A DNA stretch of 64,000 nucleotides from contig NC_086103.1 of NCBI RefSeq assembly GCF_963921235.1, forward strand, positions 163,060,001 to 163,124,000, read 5' to 3'. The notes under the pieces are model-generated. The model made no database searches. It worked only from the letters and a program-made list of their open reading frames with translations, and was not told the origin of the DNA. The position numbers and the translations under genes were made by a program. Position 1 is the first letter of the stretch, and the number at the start of each line of letters is the position of its first letter. This document shows positions 62,901-64,000 of this stretch, piece after piece. Source of the stretch: Mobula hypostoma. Its lineage: Eukaryota.

Positions 62901-64000
62901 TGGGATGAGCTACAGCGGTTCCTAATCTACAGTTAATACATCAAAGCGGCAAATATGCAGCACGTATGTTTCCTTAATTCATGCCGACGTTGTCTGGGTG
63001 TCGAAACTATTGGCAAAATCTTAATCAGAATCAGTAGGCATTAACCACCAGCTGGTTATTTTATTAATTGTGCTGTCCATCGGTTGGTCGTTTTTTTCAT
63101 GCGATTCTTCTGGGGTGACAGTGACTTGTCTTCAGCCTCTGTGGGTTCTGAGGAGGCTGATGAGATCAACGTGTTTGAGGGGGAAATGGATCAGCCATGA
63201 TCAAATGGCGAGGCAGACTCGATGGGCCGAATGGCATATTTCTGCTTCAATATCTTATGTGGGATCTGACATAGTAGAGGTAGGAGGGTTTTTCAAGATC
63301 AGTTTTAATGTGACTGACATCTGTCGTGAAATAGAGATAGATAGATACGGTTTTGATCCCAAAGGAAATTACAGTGCCACAGTAGTATTACAAGTGCACA
63401 GATATACAAATATTAGAAGAGAAGTAAGAAAGAATTAAAAATGTTACTTCAAACAGCCATAATAGGAAGGGGGTCCTCATTTCCCTGGTTATAGGTTGAC
63501 TCATTATAGGGCCCTATGGGTGAGGGTAGGAATGACCTCATATAGCGCTCTTTGGAGCAGTGCAGTTGTCTGAGTCAGTTATGAAAAGAGCTCCTCTGTT
63601 CAATCAAGGAGGCATGCAGAGGGTGAGAAACATTGTCCAGAATTGCCAGGGTTTTCCACAGGGTCAACAAGAAGTATGTTGTTTTGCAGCAGTGGTACAG
63701 TGCGATACATGGAAACTATAGAATACAATAAGAAATATGTGAAAGTAAGTTGAGTAACTAGTGCAGAAAGGACCAAAAATAGTTTGAAGCAGATACAGAT
63801 TTGGATGAACCTTTCTGCTTAATGTGGGTTTCTGCCTGCTGTCAGTGAGTGGATTTCAGTAGGGTTCTCAATGCAATCCCAAAATGCTTCTCATCCATTT
63901 TGAATGATTGTAAACCAGAGAATCTCAAGAGGTCAGTGAGAATGTTAATTTTTAAGGAGGTTTTGAGAACATCCCTGAATTCCTTCCTCTGCTAATCTTG

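Noticed and set aside
1-64000. CRISPR arrays, operons, rRNA or other prokaryote-type systems
   Set aside because: None seen; spliceosomal genes and vertebrate retroelements account for the recognisable content.

Overview
Eukaryotic, intron-rich, repeat-dense vertebrate DNA. The repeat content suggests a cartilaginous fish such as a ray (inference). Most ORFs in the supplied track are transposon debris or spurious. Three real genes can be assembled by hand from GT-AG exons. (1) The last three coding exons of MGAT4A (+ strand; 568-643, 4926-5038, 8079-8105), followed by a probable 3' UTR of about 3.7 kb. (2) Complete UNC50 (- strand; five coding exons, 36541 to 22552, 259 aa, plus a non-coding first exon). 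(3) Complete COA5 (+ strand; three exons, 39113-47911, 75 aa), head-to-head with UNC50 across a short CpG-rich promoter with clustered ZNF143-type motifs. A second CpG-rich promoter with a probable non-coding first exon of an unidentified + strand gene lies at about 62.5 kb. Much of the rest is CR1, Rex1/Babar, RTE and L2 LINEs, tRNA-type SINEs, Tc1-type MITEs and Penelope-like elements (PLEs). The most interesting non-genic signal is a PLE/hammerhead-ribozyme system. It includes two PLE insertions with inverted structure and 13-14 bp target-site duplications (TSDs), and two intact minimal hammerhead cores. It also includes a set of ~95-110 bp non-coding hammerhead mini-insertions, four with their own perfect 10-13 bp TSD, whose 5' ends all fall at the ribozyme edge. 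All family assignments are by eye and from recalled family knowledge; no database search was run, and repeat boundaries are approximate.
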